Shown: positions 15,950 through 25,337 of the stretch, one piece after another | Layout of the letters: each line of letters begins with the position of its first letter | Position numbering within the stretch: position 1 is the stretch's first letter | From: Nitrospirae bacterium GWC2_56_14 | GTDB lineage: Bacteria > Nitrospirota > UBA9217 | Direction: 5' to 3' | DNA: 32,374 nt | Assembly (NCBI GenBank): GCA_001803705.1 | Contig: MHDY01000247.1 | Span: forward strand, 1 to 32,374 | The notes under the pieces: generated by a model | Database searches by the model: none | What the model was told of the DNA's origin: nothing | Seen by the model: the letters and a program-made list of their open reading frames with translations, nothing else | Translations under genes and position numbers: made by a program

Positions 15950-16049
15950 ATAGTGTTATGCAGAGGAACTTTTCAAACCAGATACCGAGGGAGATCGTTC
16001 AAGAATGCCTCCGGACCATTATGGGTGAACTCGTACGCAGTCAAGATTT

Positions 16050-16115
16050 GCCACATAATTCACATAAGGCACATAAACAAAGGATTCTTTCTCTGTTTTT
16101 TGTGACTTATGTGGC
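16050..16115. repeat. Palindromic element with 9-mer CACATAANN arms
   Basis: GCCACATAATTCACATAAGGCACATAA ... TTTTGTGACTTATGTGGC. Confidence 0.7.
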
Positions 16116-16173
16116 TAAAAAATACTTTTTACGAATCAATGATCGATCATTGGAATGCACCTGCACTGCGATG

Positions 16174-18534
16174 CTACCCGCACTTGGAGAAACCGCAGCC
16201 GCGGCAGAAGGCGCAGCCCTCGCCGAACTCCAGAAGCCCGCCGCAGTCCGGGCACTCCGGGCAGATACCGAGATGGTTCTTGCCGTCCCCTGTTCCTGCG
16301 CCGCAGTCTGTAGACGCATAGCCCACGTTCTGCTGGGACACGGCCTTGGGCTTCGGCATGTGCTTATGGCTTGCGTCCTTGGTGTAGCGCTCCAGGGCCC
16401 GTCCGATGGCATCGGGACAGGACAGGATGGAGCCGCCCTCGACCCAGGCCGGCGACGGGCAGCGAATGCCCTTCACCTGCTTGATGATCGAATCAATGGA
16501 AACGCCGGACCGGAGGGCCAGCGATACCAGACGCGAGACCGCCTCGGACTGGCTGGCGGCGCACCCGCCGGACTTGCCCATGGTCGAGAAGACCTCGCAA
16601 ATGCCCTCGTCGTCCTCGTTGATCGTGATGTAGAGGTTGCCGCAGCCCGTGGGAAGCTTCTGCGTGACGCCCGTGGTAAGGGCCGGCCGATGGCGCGGCT
16701 TCTTTTCCTCGGCCAGTTCGGGAGAGGCGGAAGCGACCGTGACCGGATGGACCGCTGCAGCGGCTGCCGCCTTGCGTGCCTTGTCCGTGGCGCCGGTGGA
16801 GAGCACCTGCTCGTCGCGCGAACCGTCGCGGTAGATGGTCACGCCCTTGCAGCCCAGCTTGTAGGCCATCATGTACACGTTCTTCACATCGTCCTGGGTC
16901 GCGCTGTGCGGGAAGTTCACGGTTTTGGACACAGCATTGTCCGTGTATTTCTGGAACCCGCCCTGCATGCGGATATGCCACTCAGGCGTGATATCGTGGG
17001 ACGTGACGAACACGCGCTGAACGTCCTCGGGCACGGTCTTGATGCCGGTGCAGCCGCCGTGCTCGGCGATCTCCTTCATCAGGGCGTCGGAATGGAAGCC
17101 CCGCGCCTTGGCTACCCGCTCGAAGATGGGGTTCACTTCGATCAGCTCGGCGCCGTCCATGACCCTGCGGATATAGGAAAGCGCGAAGATCGGCTCGATG
17201 CCGCTGGAGCAGCCTGCAATGATGGACAGTGTGCCGGTGGGCGCGATGGTCGTGACCGTGGCGTTCCGTACCGGCGCGAGCCCTGGTTTATCGTAGATGC
17301 TCCCCTTGAAGTTCGGGAAGGGGCCGCGGTCCCGTGCAAGCTCTTCGCTCATTTTCCGGCCTTCGTCGGTAACGAACTGCATGACCTGCTCTCCGAGCTT
17401 CACCGCCTCTTCGGAATTGTAGGGAATACCCATCTCGAGCAGCATATCGGCGAAGCCCATGACGCCCAGGCCGATCTTGCGGTTGGAGCGGGTCATCTTG
17501 TCGATCTTATCGATGGGATAGCGGTTCACGTCGATGACGTTGTCGAGGAAATGGACGCCCTGCTGCACCGTGTGGCGCAGTTTGTCGAAATCCACGGCCT
17601 TGCCGTGGGGCGCCAGCATCTTCGCCAGGTTGACCGAGGCCAGGTTGCAGGACTCGTAGGGAAGCAGCGGCTGCTCGCCGCAGGGGTTGGTGGACTCCAT
17701 CTTGCCGATATGCGGCGTGGGGTTGTACTGGTTGATGCGGTCCATGAAGATGATGCCCGGATCGCCGTTCTTCCAGGCCATGTTCACCACGGTCTCGAAG
17801 ACGCGGCGGGCGCTTAAGGTGCGCACCACGTCGCGGTTCCGGGGAGACACGAGATCGTAGTCCGTGTCCTTCTCCACGGCATCCATGAAGGTGTCGGTCA
17901 TGGCAACGGAGATATTGAAGTTATTGAGCCTGTCGTTCTGCTGCTTGCAGGTCACGAAATCGAGCACGTCCGGGTGGTCCACCGACAGGATGCCCATATT
18001 GGCGCCGCGGCGCGTGCCGCCCTGCTTCACCGTTTCCGTGGCTGCGTCGAACACGGTCATGAACGAGATGGGGCCCGAGGAGACGCCCTTGGTGGACTTG
18101 ACCACGTCGTTCTTGGGGCGGATGCGCGAGAAGGAGAAACCCGTGCCGCCGCCGGACTTGTGGATCAAGGCCGCCTGTTTCACGGAGTCGAAGATCTCCT
18201 CCATGGAGTCGCCCACGGGCAGCACAAAACAGGCAGAGAGCTGGCCCAGTTCGCGGCCCGCGTTCATGAGCGTCGGGCTGTTCGGCAGGAACTCCAGCGA
18301 GGTCATGAGCCGGTAGAACTCGGCTGCGGTCTGCTCGACCTCGGCATCGGACTTGCCGTAAGCCCGGTCGGCATCGGCAATGGTCCTGGCCACGCGCGTG
18401 AACATGTCCACGGCTGTTTCGACCACGGTCCCGTCCTCGTTCCGCTTAAGATACCGTTTTTCAAGAACCTTAAGACAGTTCTCGGACAGATTCAGACCCG
18501 TGCCGGATGCTGAAGCAGATGCAGCGCTTTTCAT
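16174..18534 (-). CDS. nrdJ: Class II (adenosylcobalamin-dependent) ribonucleotide reductase with TSCPD domain
   Basis: PNSPTLMNAG, LSACFV, GGGTG, QGGTRRGANM, TNPCGEQPL, IAPTGT and KGVTIYRDGSR motifs; TGCG/SCPD domain; C-terminal Zn-ribbon; no beta subunit adjacent. Confidence 0.96.
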   Translation of the reverse strand: MKSAASASASGTGLNLSENCLKVLEKRYLKRNEDGTVVETAVDMFTRVARTIADADRAYGKSDAEVEQTAAEFYRLMTSLEFLPNSPTLMNAGRELGQLSACFVLPVGDSMEEIFDSVKQAALIHKSGGGTGFSFSRIRPKNDVVKSTKGVSSGPISFMTVFDAATETVKQGGTRRGANMGILSVDHPDVLDFVTCKQQNDRLNNFNISVAMTDTFMDAVEKDTDYDLVSPRNRDVVRTLSARRVFETVVNMAWKNGDPGIIFMDRINQYNPTPHIGKMESTNPCGEQPLLPYESCNLASVNLAKMLAPHGKAVDFDKLRHTVQQGVHFLDNVIDVNRYPIDKIDKMTRSNRKIGLGVMGFADMLLEMGIPYNSEEAVKLGEQVMQFVTDEGRKMSEELARDRGPFPNFKGSIYDKPGLAPVRNATVTTIAPTGTLSIIAGCSSGIEPIFALSYIRRVMDGAELIEVNPIFERVAKARGFHSDALMKEIAEHGGCTGIKTVPEDVQRVFVTSHDITPEWHIRMQGGFQKYTDNAVSKTVNFPHSATQDDVKNVYMMAYKLGCKGVTIYRDGSRDEQVLSTGATDKARKAAAAAAVHPVTVASASPELAEEKKPRHRPALTTGVTQKLPTGCGNLYITINEDDEGICEVFSTMGKSGGCAASQSEAVSRLVSLALRSGVSIDSIIKQVKGIRCPSPAWVEGGSILSCPDAIGRALERYTKDASHKHMPKPKAVSQQNVGYASTDCGAGTGDGKNHLGICPECPDCGGLLEFGEGCAFCRGCGFSKCG

Positions 18535-18788
18535 AAATTTTCCTCCCTGGAATAAAAATTATAAATACAAATCAATGCGGGGCGATCGTATGATCGCCCC
18601 GGCATTATGCATTATATTGCAACTTACCCGACTGACCTGCCAAAGTAAAACAGTTTTTTAGCGAGATGTTCATATGGCCCTGCCCTGATGTGTTTTCCTA
18701 GGGTGCTGCCTATTACGATATTTGATTTTAAGCTGGAAGAAGAAAAATCAATAGAAATTACTCTACTAGCTTACGCGAACTCTTAAGG

Positions 18789-18817
18789 AGTATAACTACA
18801 ACATATTGTATTGTCAA
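18789..18817 (-). promoter_or_regulatory. Sigma70 promoter of nrdJ
   Basis: TTGACA-N17-TATACT. Confidence 0.8.
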
Positions 18818-18843
18818 GGCGATTTTTATACCATATATAGTTG
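18796..18843. promoter_or_regulatory. Tandem NrdR boxes
   Basis: CTACAACATATTGTAT (18796-18811) and ATACCATATATAGTTG (18828-18843), 32 bp apart, flanking the -35 of the nrdJ promoter. Confidence 0.88.
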
Positions 18844-19042
18844 AATTTTACCAATTGATATTCGCTAAAGGGGCATAAAATCAGGACAAAAAGCACATAC
18901 AAAAAAATCACATTTTAAAACACCGCTTTAAATGCGGATATTATGAACTATAAGGAGTGAATAGGTCCGGATATTCGTGTTCAAGCTGGACGAGGCGACG
19001 GTCATTGTCGTTCGGGAGTGAAAATCTCAGGTACTAAAAACT

Positions 19043-19268
19043 TTGGCCGCAGATACCAAAAGTAGGCGCTTCTAAGCGACGCAGATCATCGCAGATAAAA
19101 CAAGGCATAAAAACTTTTGACACTGATCAGGACTGATTTTTTATGATCAAGCGGGAACAACTAAAAACCCCCTCACCTTTACCCTCTCCCCCGGGGGAGA
19201 GGGTAGGGTGAGGGGGGCATCTGTGTGCATCAGATTTCATCTGCGGCCATCTGCGAAATCTGCGGACA
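19043..19268. repeat. Composite palindrome: CGCAGAT/ATCTGCG arms enclosing a purine/pyrimidine (BoxC-like) hairpin
   Basis: CCGCAGAT..CGCAGATCATCGCAGAT ... ATCTGCGGCCATCTGCGAAATCTGCGG around CCCCTCACCTTTACCCTCTCCCCC-GGGGGAGAGGGTAGGGTGAGGGG (19168-19216). Confidence 0.8.
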
Positions 19269-19285
19269 ATCGCTTTTCCGGTTTA

Positions 19286-21982
19286 TCACTTCGCCATTCC
19301 CCGAAGCGTCTCTTCCAGCTCTTTCAGATATTTTCCGTACGCGGCAAAGTCTTCCTTCCGGAGCGCTTCGCGCGCCTTGCGCAGCTGCTCCAGCGCCCGG
19401 GAGCCCAGCTCCTTGGGAGTGATAATGACCGTCTTTGAGCCGTCCTCCGTCATCCGCATGCTCGGCAGCGTGCCGCTGAACAGGCGCTGGATCGAGGCAT
19501 CCAGCGTTTCCTCCATGACCACATCGTTCCCGTAGGCGACAATGACCCTGCGGAGCTCCGGCAGGCCCCCTTTGTCCGTGGCCACCAGGTAGAGCGGCTG
19601 CACATAGATGAGCGAGTCCTCCATCGGGATGATCAGAAGGCTGCCGCGGATCACATCGGAACCGCTCTGTCCCCAGAGCGTGAGCTGCTGCGAGATGTAG
19701 GAGTCCTGGTCGATGCGCGCGTCGATCTGGCGCGGCCCGAAGACCAGCCGGTCCCTGGGGAAGGTAAAGACCGTGACCTTGCCGTAGTTCTCGCCGTCGC
19801 ACCGCGCAGCCATCCAGGCAGCCAGGTTGTCCCGCTTTGACGGCGTAAAGGGCAGAAGCAGGATGAACTCCTCCGCCTTGTCGCCCGGAAGTTTGGTGAT
19901 GAGGTAATAGGGCTCCATGGTCTTTTCGCGGTACGACGGGATCTCCCAGAGGTCTTCTTTATTGTAGAACACCGCCGGGTCGGTCATGTGGAAGGTCGTG
20001 AACATCCTCGCCTGGATCTGGAGCAGGCCCCGCGGATAGCGGATGTGCTTCCGGAGGTCGGCGGACATTTCCGTCAGCGGCTTGAAGACGTTGGGAAAGA
20101 CCGCTGCATAGGCCCGGGCCAGCACGTCCTTTTGATCGACCACATAGAACATGACGCTGCCGTCATAGGCATCGACGACCACCTTGATCGAATTGCGTAC
20201 ATAATTGGCGCCGCCGGCAAGCGGTTTTGAATAGGGAAGGCTGCTGCTCTGCGTATAGGCGTCGATCATCCAGGACAGTCTGCCGTCGTCGCCCACGACC
20301 ATATAGGGATCGGGATCGTAGGACAGGAACGGCGCGATCCTGGCCACGCGGTCCAGGATGGTGCGGTTATAGATGATGCGGCTGTCGTCGGTCACATCGC
20401 TGGACAGGAAGATCTTGAGGTTCCCGAAGTAGGAAGCATAGAGAAGCCGTTTCAGGAACGACGAGAGCCGCACTCCCCCGCTTCCCGAGTATACGGTATA
20501 GACATTCTCCTTGGTGGTGGGATAGCTGAACTCCCTGGTCTTGGTGTTCACGATCACGTAGTCATTGGGGCTTTCGCCGTAGTAGATCTCGGGACGGGTG
20601 ACCTTCGGCCCTGCGCTCGAAACCGGCGGGATGTCCTTGATATAGAACTCCGGCAACCCTTCCTTGGTAATGCCGGAGACCGGCCCCATGGCAAGGCCGA
20701 AACCGTGGGTGAACACGAGCCGTTCGTTGATCCACGATTTGTTCGGCAGGTCCGCGTAGGACAGCTCCCGCGGGGACAGCATTGTCTGCAGATATTTGCC
20801 GTTCACGGTATAGCGGTCGTTGTCCACGTCGCTGAAGTGATAGTAGGTCCTGATCTGCTGCAGCTGACTGTAGGTCTTGAGCAGCGGGTCCTCGTCCCAG
20901 AGCCTGATGTTCTGGATCGTGGAGAGGTTCTTCCTGATGTCCGTGAAGGTCAGCTGCTTGTTCGCGGCAAAGGGCTGCAGTTCCATATGCTCCAGGCCAT
21001 AGCCGTACCGCGTGAATTTGATGTGGTCCGCGATGTAGGGCTGCTCCAGCACGCTCTCGTTCGGCGAGACCTGGAAGCTCTGGACCGTCTGGGGATAGAC
21101 CTTGAGCCCCAGAAAATAAACGGCGGCGAGCACGGCCAGGGCAATGAGCGGCACCACAAAGGACCGTCGCGGTGCAACGAACGGCAGTACGATCGCAATG
21201 GCAAGAGAAAGCACGGCCATGACGGACAGCATCATGAGCCGGACGTGCACATCGGTATAAGACGCGCCGTAAAGCACGCCGTGTTCCGTGGTCAAGAGGC
21301 CAAAGCGGTCGAGCGCGAAGCTGAACGACAGGCTGAGCAGGAACAGCGACACCAGTATGCCCAGGTGGAGTTTCACTGCCGGGTCCACGGAAAGGAATTT
21401 GCCGAGCCACACGATGCCGCCCCGGGAAAGATAGAGGACAGCGGTCAGCAGGGCGGAAAGCACGAGCATGCTGCGCACCATGGTGTTCAGCATGTCCACA
21501 AAGGGATAGGTGAAGAGATAGAATGAAATGTCCTTATTGAAGATCGGGTCCATAAGACCGGCCGGCACGCTGTTCAGAAAAAGCAGCGCCTGCTCCCAGT
21601 ACTGCGTACCCACGGTGAACGAGAGCAGGAAGATAACGCCGGACACGCCAAAAACGAGCCACCCCATGATCCGGTCCAGGTCGAGGTGCTGCAACTGCGG
21701 CGCACTCTGCCAGAGCGGGTTCACGCCGCGGAGCGGAAAGGAGCGTCGCCGGGCCATGGTCAAGTTGATGAGGAAAACAAGGAACGCTACCCCGCCGAAC
21801 AGAAACCCGGTCAGCATCTTCGCCTGAAAGGTCCTGCTGAAGACCGCGCCATAGCCGACCTCGTGGAAGAACAGCCAATCAGCCATAAAAGCGATGATCT
21901 GGCGCGAGCCGGTCAGGAGAATGAATCCCACAATAGCGGCAATGATAAGCCCCCGGTTCCCCCGTGTTTTCTTGCTTTGCAT
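19286..21982 (-). CDS. UPF0182 family membrane protein
   Basis: DWLFF.EVGY, DPIFNKDISFYLF, GASYTDV, NIRLWD, YHFSDVDNDRY, FTHGFG, RPEIYYGE and PELRRVIV motifs. Confidence 0.95.
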   Translation of the reverse strand: MQSKKTRGNRGLIIAAIVGFILLTGSRQIIAFMADWLFFHEVGYGAVFSRTFQAKMLTGFLFGGVAFLVFLINLTMARRRSFPLRGVNPLWQSAPQLQHLDLDRIMGWLVFGVSGVIFLLSFTVGTQYWEQALLFLNSVPAGLMDPIFNKDISFYLFTYPFVDMLNTMVRSMLVLSALLTAVLYLSRGGIVWLGKFLSVDPAVKLHLGILVSLFLLSLSFSFALDRFGLLTTEHGVLYGASYTDVHVRLMMLSVMAVLSLAIAIVLPFVAPRRSFVVPLIALAVLAAVYFLGLKVYPQTVQSFQVSPNESVLEQPYIADHIKFTRYGYGLEHMELQPFAANKQLTFTDIRKNLSTIQNIRLWDEDPLLKTYSQLQQIRTYYHFSDVDNDRYTVNGKYLQTMLSPRELSYADLPNKSWINERLVFTHGFGLAMGPVSGITKEGLPEFYIKDIPPVSSAGPKVTRPEIYYGESPNDYVIVNTKTREFSYPTTKENVYTVYSGSGGVRLSSFLKRLLYASYFGNLKIFLSSDVTDDSRIIYNRTILDRVARIAPFLSYDPDPYMVVGDDGRLSWMIDAYTQSSSLPYSKPLAGGANYVRNSIKVVVDAYDGSVMFYVVDQKDVLARAYAAVFPNVFKPLTEMSADLRKHIRYPRGLLQIQARMFTTFHMTDPAVFYNKEDLWEIPSYREKTMEPYYLITKLPGDKAEEFILLLPFTPSKRDNLAAWMAARCDGENYGKVTVFTFPRDRLVFGPRQIDARIDQDSYISQQLTLWGQSGSDVIRGSLLIIPMEDSLIYVQPLYLVATDKGGLPELRRVIVAYGNDVVMEETLDASIQRLFSGTLPSMRMTEDGSKTVIITPKELGSRALEQLRKAREALRKEDFAAYGKYLKELEETLRGMAK

Positions 21983-22085
21983 AGTCTCTCCTTCATGAGA
22001 TAGTTAAGATATATAAGGTTACTGTAGCGGAATTTCACGCAGGTGGCAAGGAAAAGCAGGAGAGATAAGCATAAAAGAATCTTTG

Positions 22086-22221
22086 ACACGGAAAAGTCGG
22101 ATGAACTGCGGATAAGGGCGGATAAAGCACCATTTACATCCTCTCCCCTTGAGGGAGAGGACTGAGGTGAGGGGGGCATTCACCGCCCTCCCGCATCTCC
22201 GCGTCTCAGCGTCTCCGCGGT
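22086..22221. repeat. Composite repeat cluster (CGGAT units, BoxC-like hairpin, CTCCGCGT 8-mers)
   Basis: CGGATGAACTGCGGATAAGGGCGGATAA; TCCTCTCCCCTTGAGGGAGAGGACTGAGGTGAGGGG; CTCCGCGTCTCAGCGTCTCCGCGGT. Confidence 0.7.
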
Positions 22222-22262
22222 AGAACAGGATTTTTTAAGATCACAAGAATAGCGATGAAACC

Positions 22263-23270
22263 TTATTCAAATCCAGGCAGTCCCTGCCGGATGATCCGGG
22301 AATATGCCAGGTCCCCGTCAACAACCTTGCTGCGCTCGTTGATGAGGCTGCGTTGTTTGAGCTCCGGGAAAGGGAAGGTTTGATCCATCGTTCCCAGCTC
22401 GTACGCCTTTTCTGCGACGTGGCCGCTGGCAAGAATGCGCCAGTCGAATGTTGCTTTTGGATAGTAGGGCACAATATGCTTCCAGATATCGGTGGTACAG
22501 TTCCCGGTCAGGGCGTTATACCACTCCGGCTTCTCCCTCAGCTTGTTGACGCTCCGCAGATAGTCCAGAAAGACCAGCCGGATCAGCTCAGGCGTAGCTT
22601 TCAGGCGATAGAGATAAACGTCCTCTCCTTTGCGGTAATTAGCGCGAAGCCGCACCACATCGCGCTCGTCGGCAACAACATAGGTCAGCTCGTACTGCTT
22701 GAAAAAACCCCTAGCCGATGAGTACTCCTCGCCTTTTTTCTTCCTGGTCTCGATGGAGAAACAGACGTACTCGTTCTTGCCGAACCCGAAGCTGAGCATG
22801 GTATGCGCCATATGTGGCAGACCCCAGTCAACCAGAAAAAGGTCCATACTGCGCAGGGTCCCAAGGTCGAAGGTCCGGTCATAGTGCCGCACCACATAAT
22901 CGGTCTCGGTCCGGTAATTGCAGTTCCGAATATTGTGAAGGGTAACGGTACTGCCCGATATGGCTGCAAAGGGAAGCGTTGCCACATCAGGCTGCCAGTC
23001 CCGATCGTTGCTCGGGGGCAGCCACAGCCACCATGCCAGCACCAGTGCGAATAAGGATGAAAAACAGATCGCTTTCCAGTTGTTCCGCCGGGGGAGCATG
23101 ACACTGACCAGCGCCGCTATTCCAAAAGCCGCTGCTGAAAAAAAACGCAGAGTGTCCGGGAGATTGGAGAAAACGATCGCCATGGTTCCCCAGCAGGTCA
23201 TGGCCAGGAACAGGAGCCAGGCAAGGAGCTGTTTGATCCTTACGCTAATTGTTGAAGCCACGCTGCCCAT
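22263..23270 (-). CDS. DUF4105 (Lnb N-terminal-like) domain membrane protein
   Basis: Three N-terminal TMs; PSNDRDWQPD, HNIRNC.YR, AHTMLSFGF, SIETR, ADERD and YNALTGNCTT motifs. Confidence 0.88.
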   Translation of the reverse strand: MGSVASTISVRIKQLLAWLLFLAMTCWGTMAIVFSNLPDTLRFFSAAAFGIAALVSVMLPRRNNWKAICFSSLFALVLAWWLWLPPSNDRDWQPDVATLPFAAISGSTVTLHNIRNCNYRTETDYVVRHYDRTFDLGTLRSMDLFLVDWGLPHMAHTMLSFGFGKNEYVCFSIETRKKKGEEYSSARGFFKQYELTYVVADERDVVRLRANYRKGEDVYLYRLKATPELIRLVFLDYLRSVNKLREKPEWYNALTGNCTTDIWKHIVPYYPKATFDWRILASGHVAEKAYELGTMDQTFPFPELKQRSLINERSKVVDGDLAYSRIIRQGLPGFE

Positions 23271-23307
23271 CTATTTTTCTCCGATTTCCGAAAATTGCTT
23301 CTTAAAA

Positions 23308-23398
23308 TCCCCTCCCTTCGATGGGAGGGGACTGAGGGGAGGGTGAAGTACCGCGTGATCGTCACCCTCTCCTAACCTCCCCCATCAAGGGGGAGGGA
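23308..23398. repeat. Inverted pair of BoxC-like purine/pyrimidine palindromes
   Basis: TCCCCTCCCTTCGATGGGAGGGGACTGAGGGGAGGGTGA ... TCACCCTCTCCTAACCTCCCCCATCAAGGGGGAGGGA. Confidence 0.8.
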
Positions 23399-23400
23399 TA

Positions 23401-24297
23401 TTACCTCAACTTCATCCGAATAAACTGCCCGATCTTTTCAATCGCCTGCTTCCCCTCCGCCAGCCGATAAGCAAAAGCGTGGAACACATGCCACAAACCC
23501 TCCCAGACCTCCAGCGTCACCTCGACGCCGGCGGCCTTCGCCCGCTCTGCCACGCGCCTCGAATCGTCCAGCATGATCTCGTCGCTGCCCACGTGGATTA
23601 GGAGCGGCGGTAGTCCCTGCATATCGGCATAAAGCGGCGAGATGAGCGGATGGCGCAGGTCTTTTCCGCCTGCATAGAGCGCGGCGTGATACCGGTTCAT
23701 CTCATCGGTGAGCCAGGGATCAGCCTCGGCGCGGGTCACAACCGACTCCCCGGTGCCTGCAAGGTCGGTCCAAGGCGAGATCAGCACGGCTCCTGCCGGG
23801 AGCGCAACATGAGCATCGCGCAAAGAGACCAGCGTGGACAAGGCAAGGCCGCCGCCAGCGGAAAACCCGACGAGTATGATGCGGCTGTGCGGAATGCCCT
23901 GCTCAAGCAGCCAGCGGTAAGCAACGATCGTGTCCTCAAGCGCGGCAGGAAAAGGATGTTCCGGCGCCAGGCGGTAGTCGATGACCAGCGCACGGCAACC
24001 CGAGGCAGCCGAGAGAAATGATGCGTTCACCTGGGTCGCCTTGCTCGATCCCATGGTATAGCCGCCGCCATGGAAACAGAGAATGACAGCATCCGCAGCC
24101 GCACCAGGAGCGCTGACCCATTCGCCCGGCACCCCGCCTGCCATGACCGGCTCGACCTTGGTATCAGGCTGCAGCGGCACCCAGCTCGAAAGCCCTTCGA
24201 GATTGGTTCGTGCTTCCTTGATGGAAGTCGGCAAGGGGGCGCTTTTTAAGTTCTGTTTCAACCAGCGCCGAATGCGATCCTTTTCCCGATTTATCAC
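23401..24297 (-). CDS. Alpha/beta hydrolase, HSL-type esterase (Abhydrolase_3)
   Basis: HGGGY, DYRLAPEHPFPAA, GFSAGG nucleophile elbow, GSDE and HVF motifs; GTG start after GGAG. Confidence 0.93.
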   Translation of the reverse strand: MINREKDRIRRWLKQNLKSAPLPTSIKEARTNLEGLSSWVPLQPDTKVEPVMAGGVPGEWVSAPGAAADAVILCFHGGGYTMGSSKATQVNASFLSAASGCRALVIDYRLAPEHPFPAALEDTIVAYRWLLEQGIPHSRIILVGFSAGGGLALSTLVSLRDAHVALPAGAVLISPWTDLAGTGESVVTRAEADPWLTDEMNRYHAALYAGGKDLRHPLISPLYADMQGLPPLLIHVGSDEIMLDDSRRVAERAKAAGVEVTLEVWEGLWHVFHAFAYRLAEGKQAIEKIGQFIRMKLR

Positions 24298-24365
24298 TGT
24301 TTAGAGAATCTCCCTTGATGCGCCGCTATCTGCGACCTGCTTTGAGACCACTAATTGAGCTTGAG

Positions 24366-25160
24366 TTATTTTCCCATCACCGCCGCAACAAACTCCTCCG
24401 GCTTTTCCACCTGCGGCATGTGGCCTGCACCATCGATCGTGATAAGCCTGGCTTCGGGTATCCACTTCTGGATCGCATCAGCCTGTTTCAAGGTCGAAAG
24501 ACCATCCTCTGCGCCCCAGATGAGCAGCGTCGGAGCCGTCGGCTTCGTGAGCAATGAACTATGGTTCATGATCGTGTCAAAGGAAATCCTGGAATAAGCC
24601 ATGGTGTTCTGCTCGATCTTTTCGAGGAAACCGGCAGGCAGTTTGGGAGGGTTTGCAAAGGACCGGTTCAGGGTCTTTCTGGAAAAAGTAGCGTTGCGGA
24701 TAAGCGCGCGAAATCCCTGGTTCACACCGGGCAGCGAAATAAGTTTTCTCATGAAACCGGGAATGATCGGCATATATCCACCGTCCACAAGCACAAGGTG
24801 GGAGACCATCTGAGGATGATCGTTCTCGAACTTGATTGCCGCTCCCGCGCCAAAAGAGTTTCCAACGACCGTAACACGGTCCAGATGCAGAGCACCAAGA
24901 AGTTCCTTGAGCATCGTTGCCATGCCTGACAACGTGGGCGTGGATAGTTTTTCCGACTGGCCGAACCCCGGGAGGTCGGGCGCAATGACGGTGTAGGATC
25001 GCGAAAGCCGGTCCCATACCCCGCTCCAGGACATTTCAGCGTCTCCCCATGCTGCATGGAGCAAGAGCAGAGCCGGGCCTGAGCCGCCTTTCCAGAAGTG
25101 AACCTTTTGTCCCAAAAGCGTGAGAGACTGCTCTTGTACGATTGATGATCGCTCGCTCAT
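24366..25160 (-). CDS. Alpha/beta fold hydrolase (Abhydrolase_1/6)
   Basis: APDLPGFGQS, VGNSFG, IWGAED and GAGHMPQVE motifs; start MSERS after RBS AGGAGG. Confidence 0.9.
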   Translation of the reverse strand: MSERSSIVQEQSLTLLGQKVHFWKGGSGPALLLLHAAWGDAEMSWSGVWDRLSRSYTVIAPDLPGFGQSEKLSTPTLSGMATMLKELLGALHLDRVTVVGNSFGAGAAIKFENDHPQMVSHLVLVDGGYMPIIPGFMRKLISLPGVNQGFRALIRNATFSRKTLNRSFANPPKLPAGFLEKIEQNTMAYSRISFDTIMNHSSLLTKPTAPTLLIWGAEDGLSTLKQADAIQKWIPEARLITIDGAGHMPQVEKPEEFVAAVMGK

Positions 25161-25181
25161 AAGGGCCTCCTGACCAGGATC

Positions 25182-25326
25182 AACAGCAAGAATTTTTCTC
25201 GCAAAGTACGCAAAGAACGCAAAGGAAACCATGAAGTAAAGTCTTATTGTGGTTTAAAACCTAAAGCAAGCCGTGGTTTACGCTTTTCTTGGCGACCTTT
25301 GCGAGCTTTGCGAGAGACGCCCTTTG
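25182..25326 (-). repeat. ~145-bp dispersed palindromic element, copy 2 (inverted relative to 2638-2782)
   Basis: Reverse complement aligns end to end with copy 1, including the spacer TAAACCACGGCTTGC..GGTTTTAAACC; about 85% identity by hand count. Confidence 0.9.
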
Positions 25327-25337
25327 CCTTGACCTTT

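Noticed and set aside
15919-17817. Long plus-strand ORFs (also 9128-10738, 7861-9189, 28384-29829, 30155-31345)
   Set aside because: Antisense shadows of high-GC3 genes, with no recognisable motifs
18943-19040. Short coding-like fragment (RIFVFKLDEATVIVVRE) downstream of an AAGGAG
   Set aside because: Too short, with no properly spaced in-frame start; at most a gene remnant
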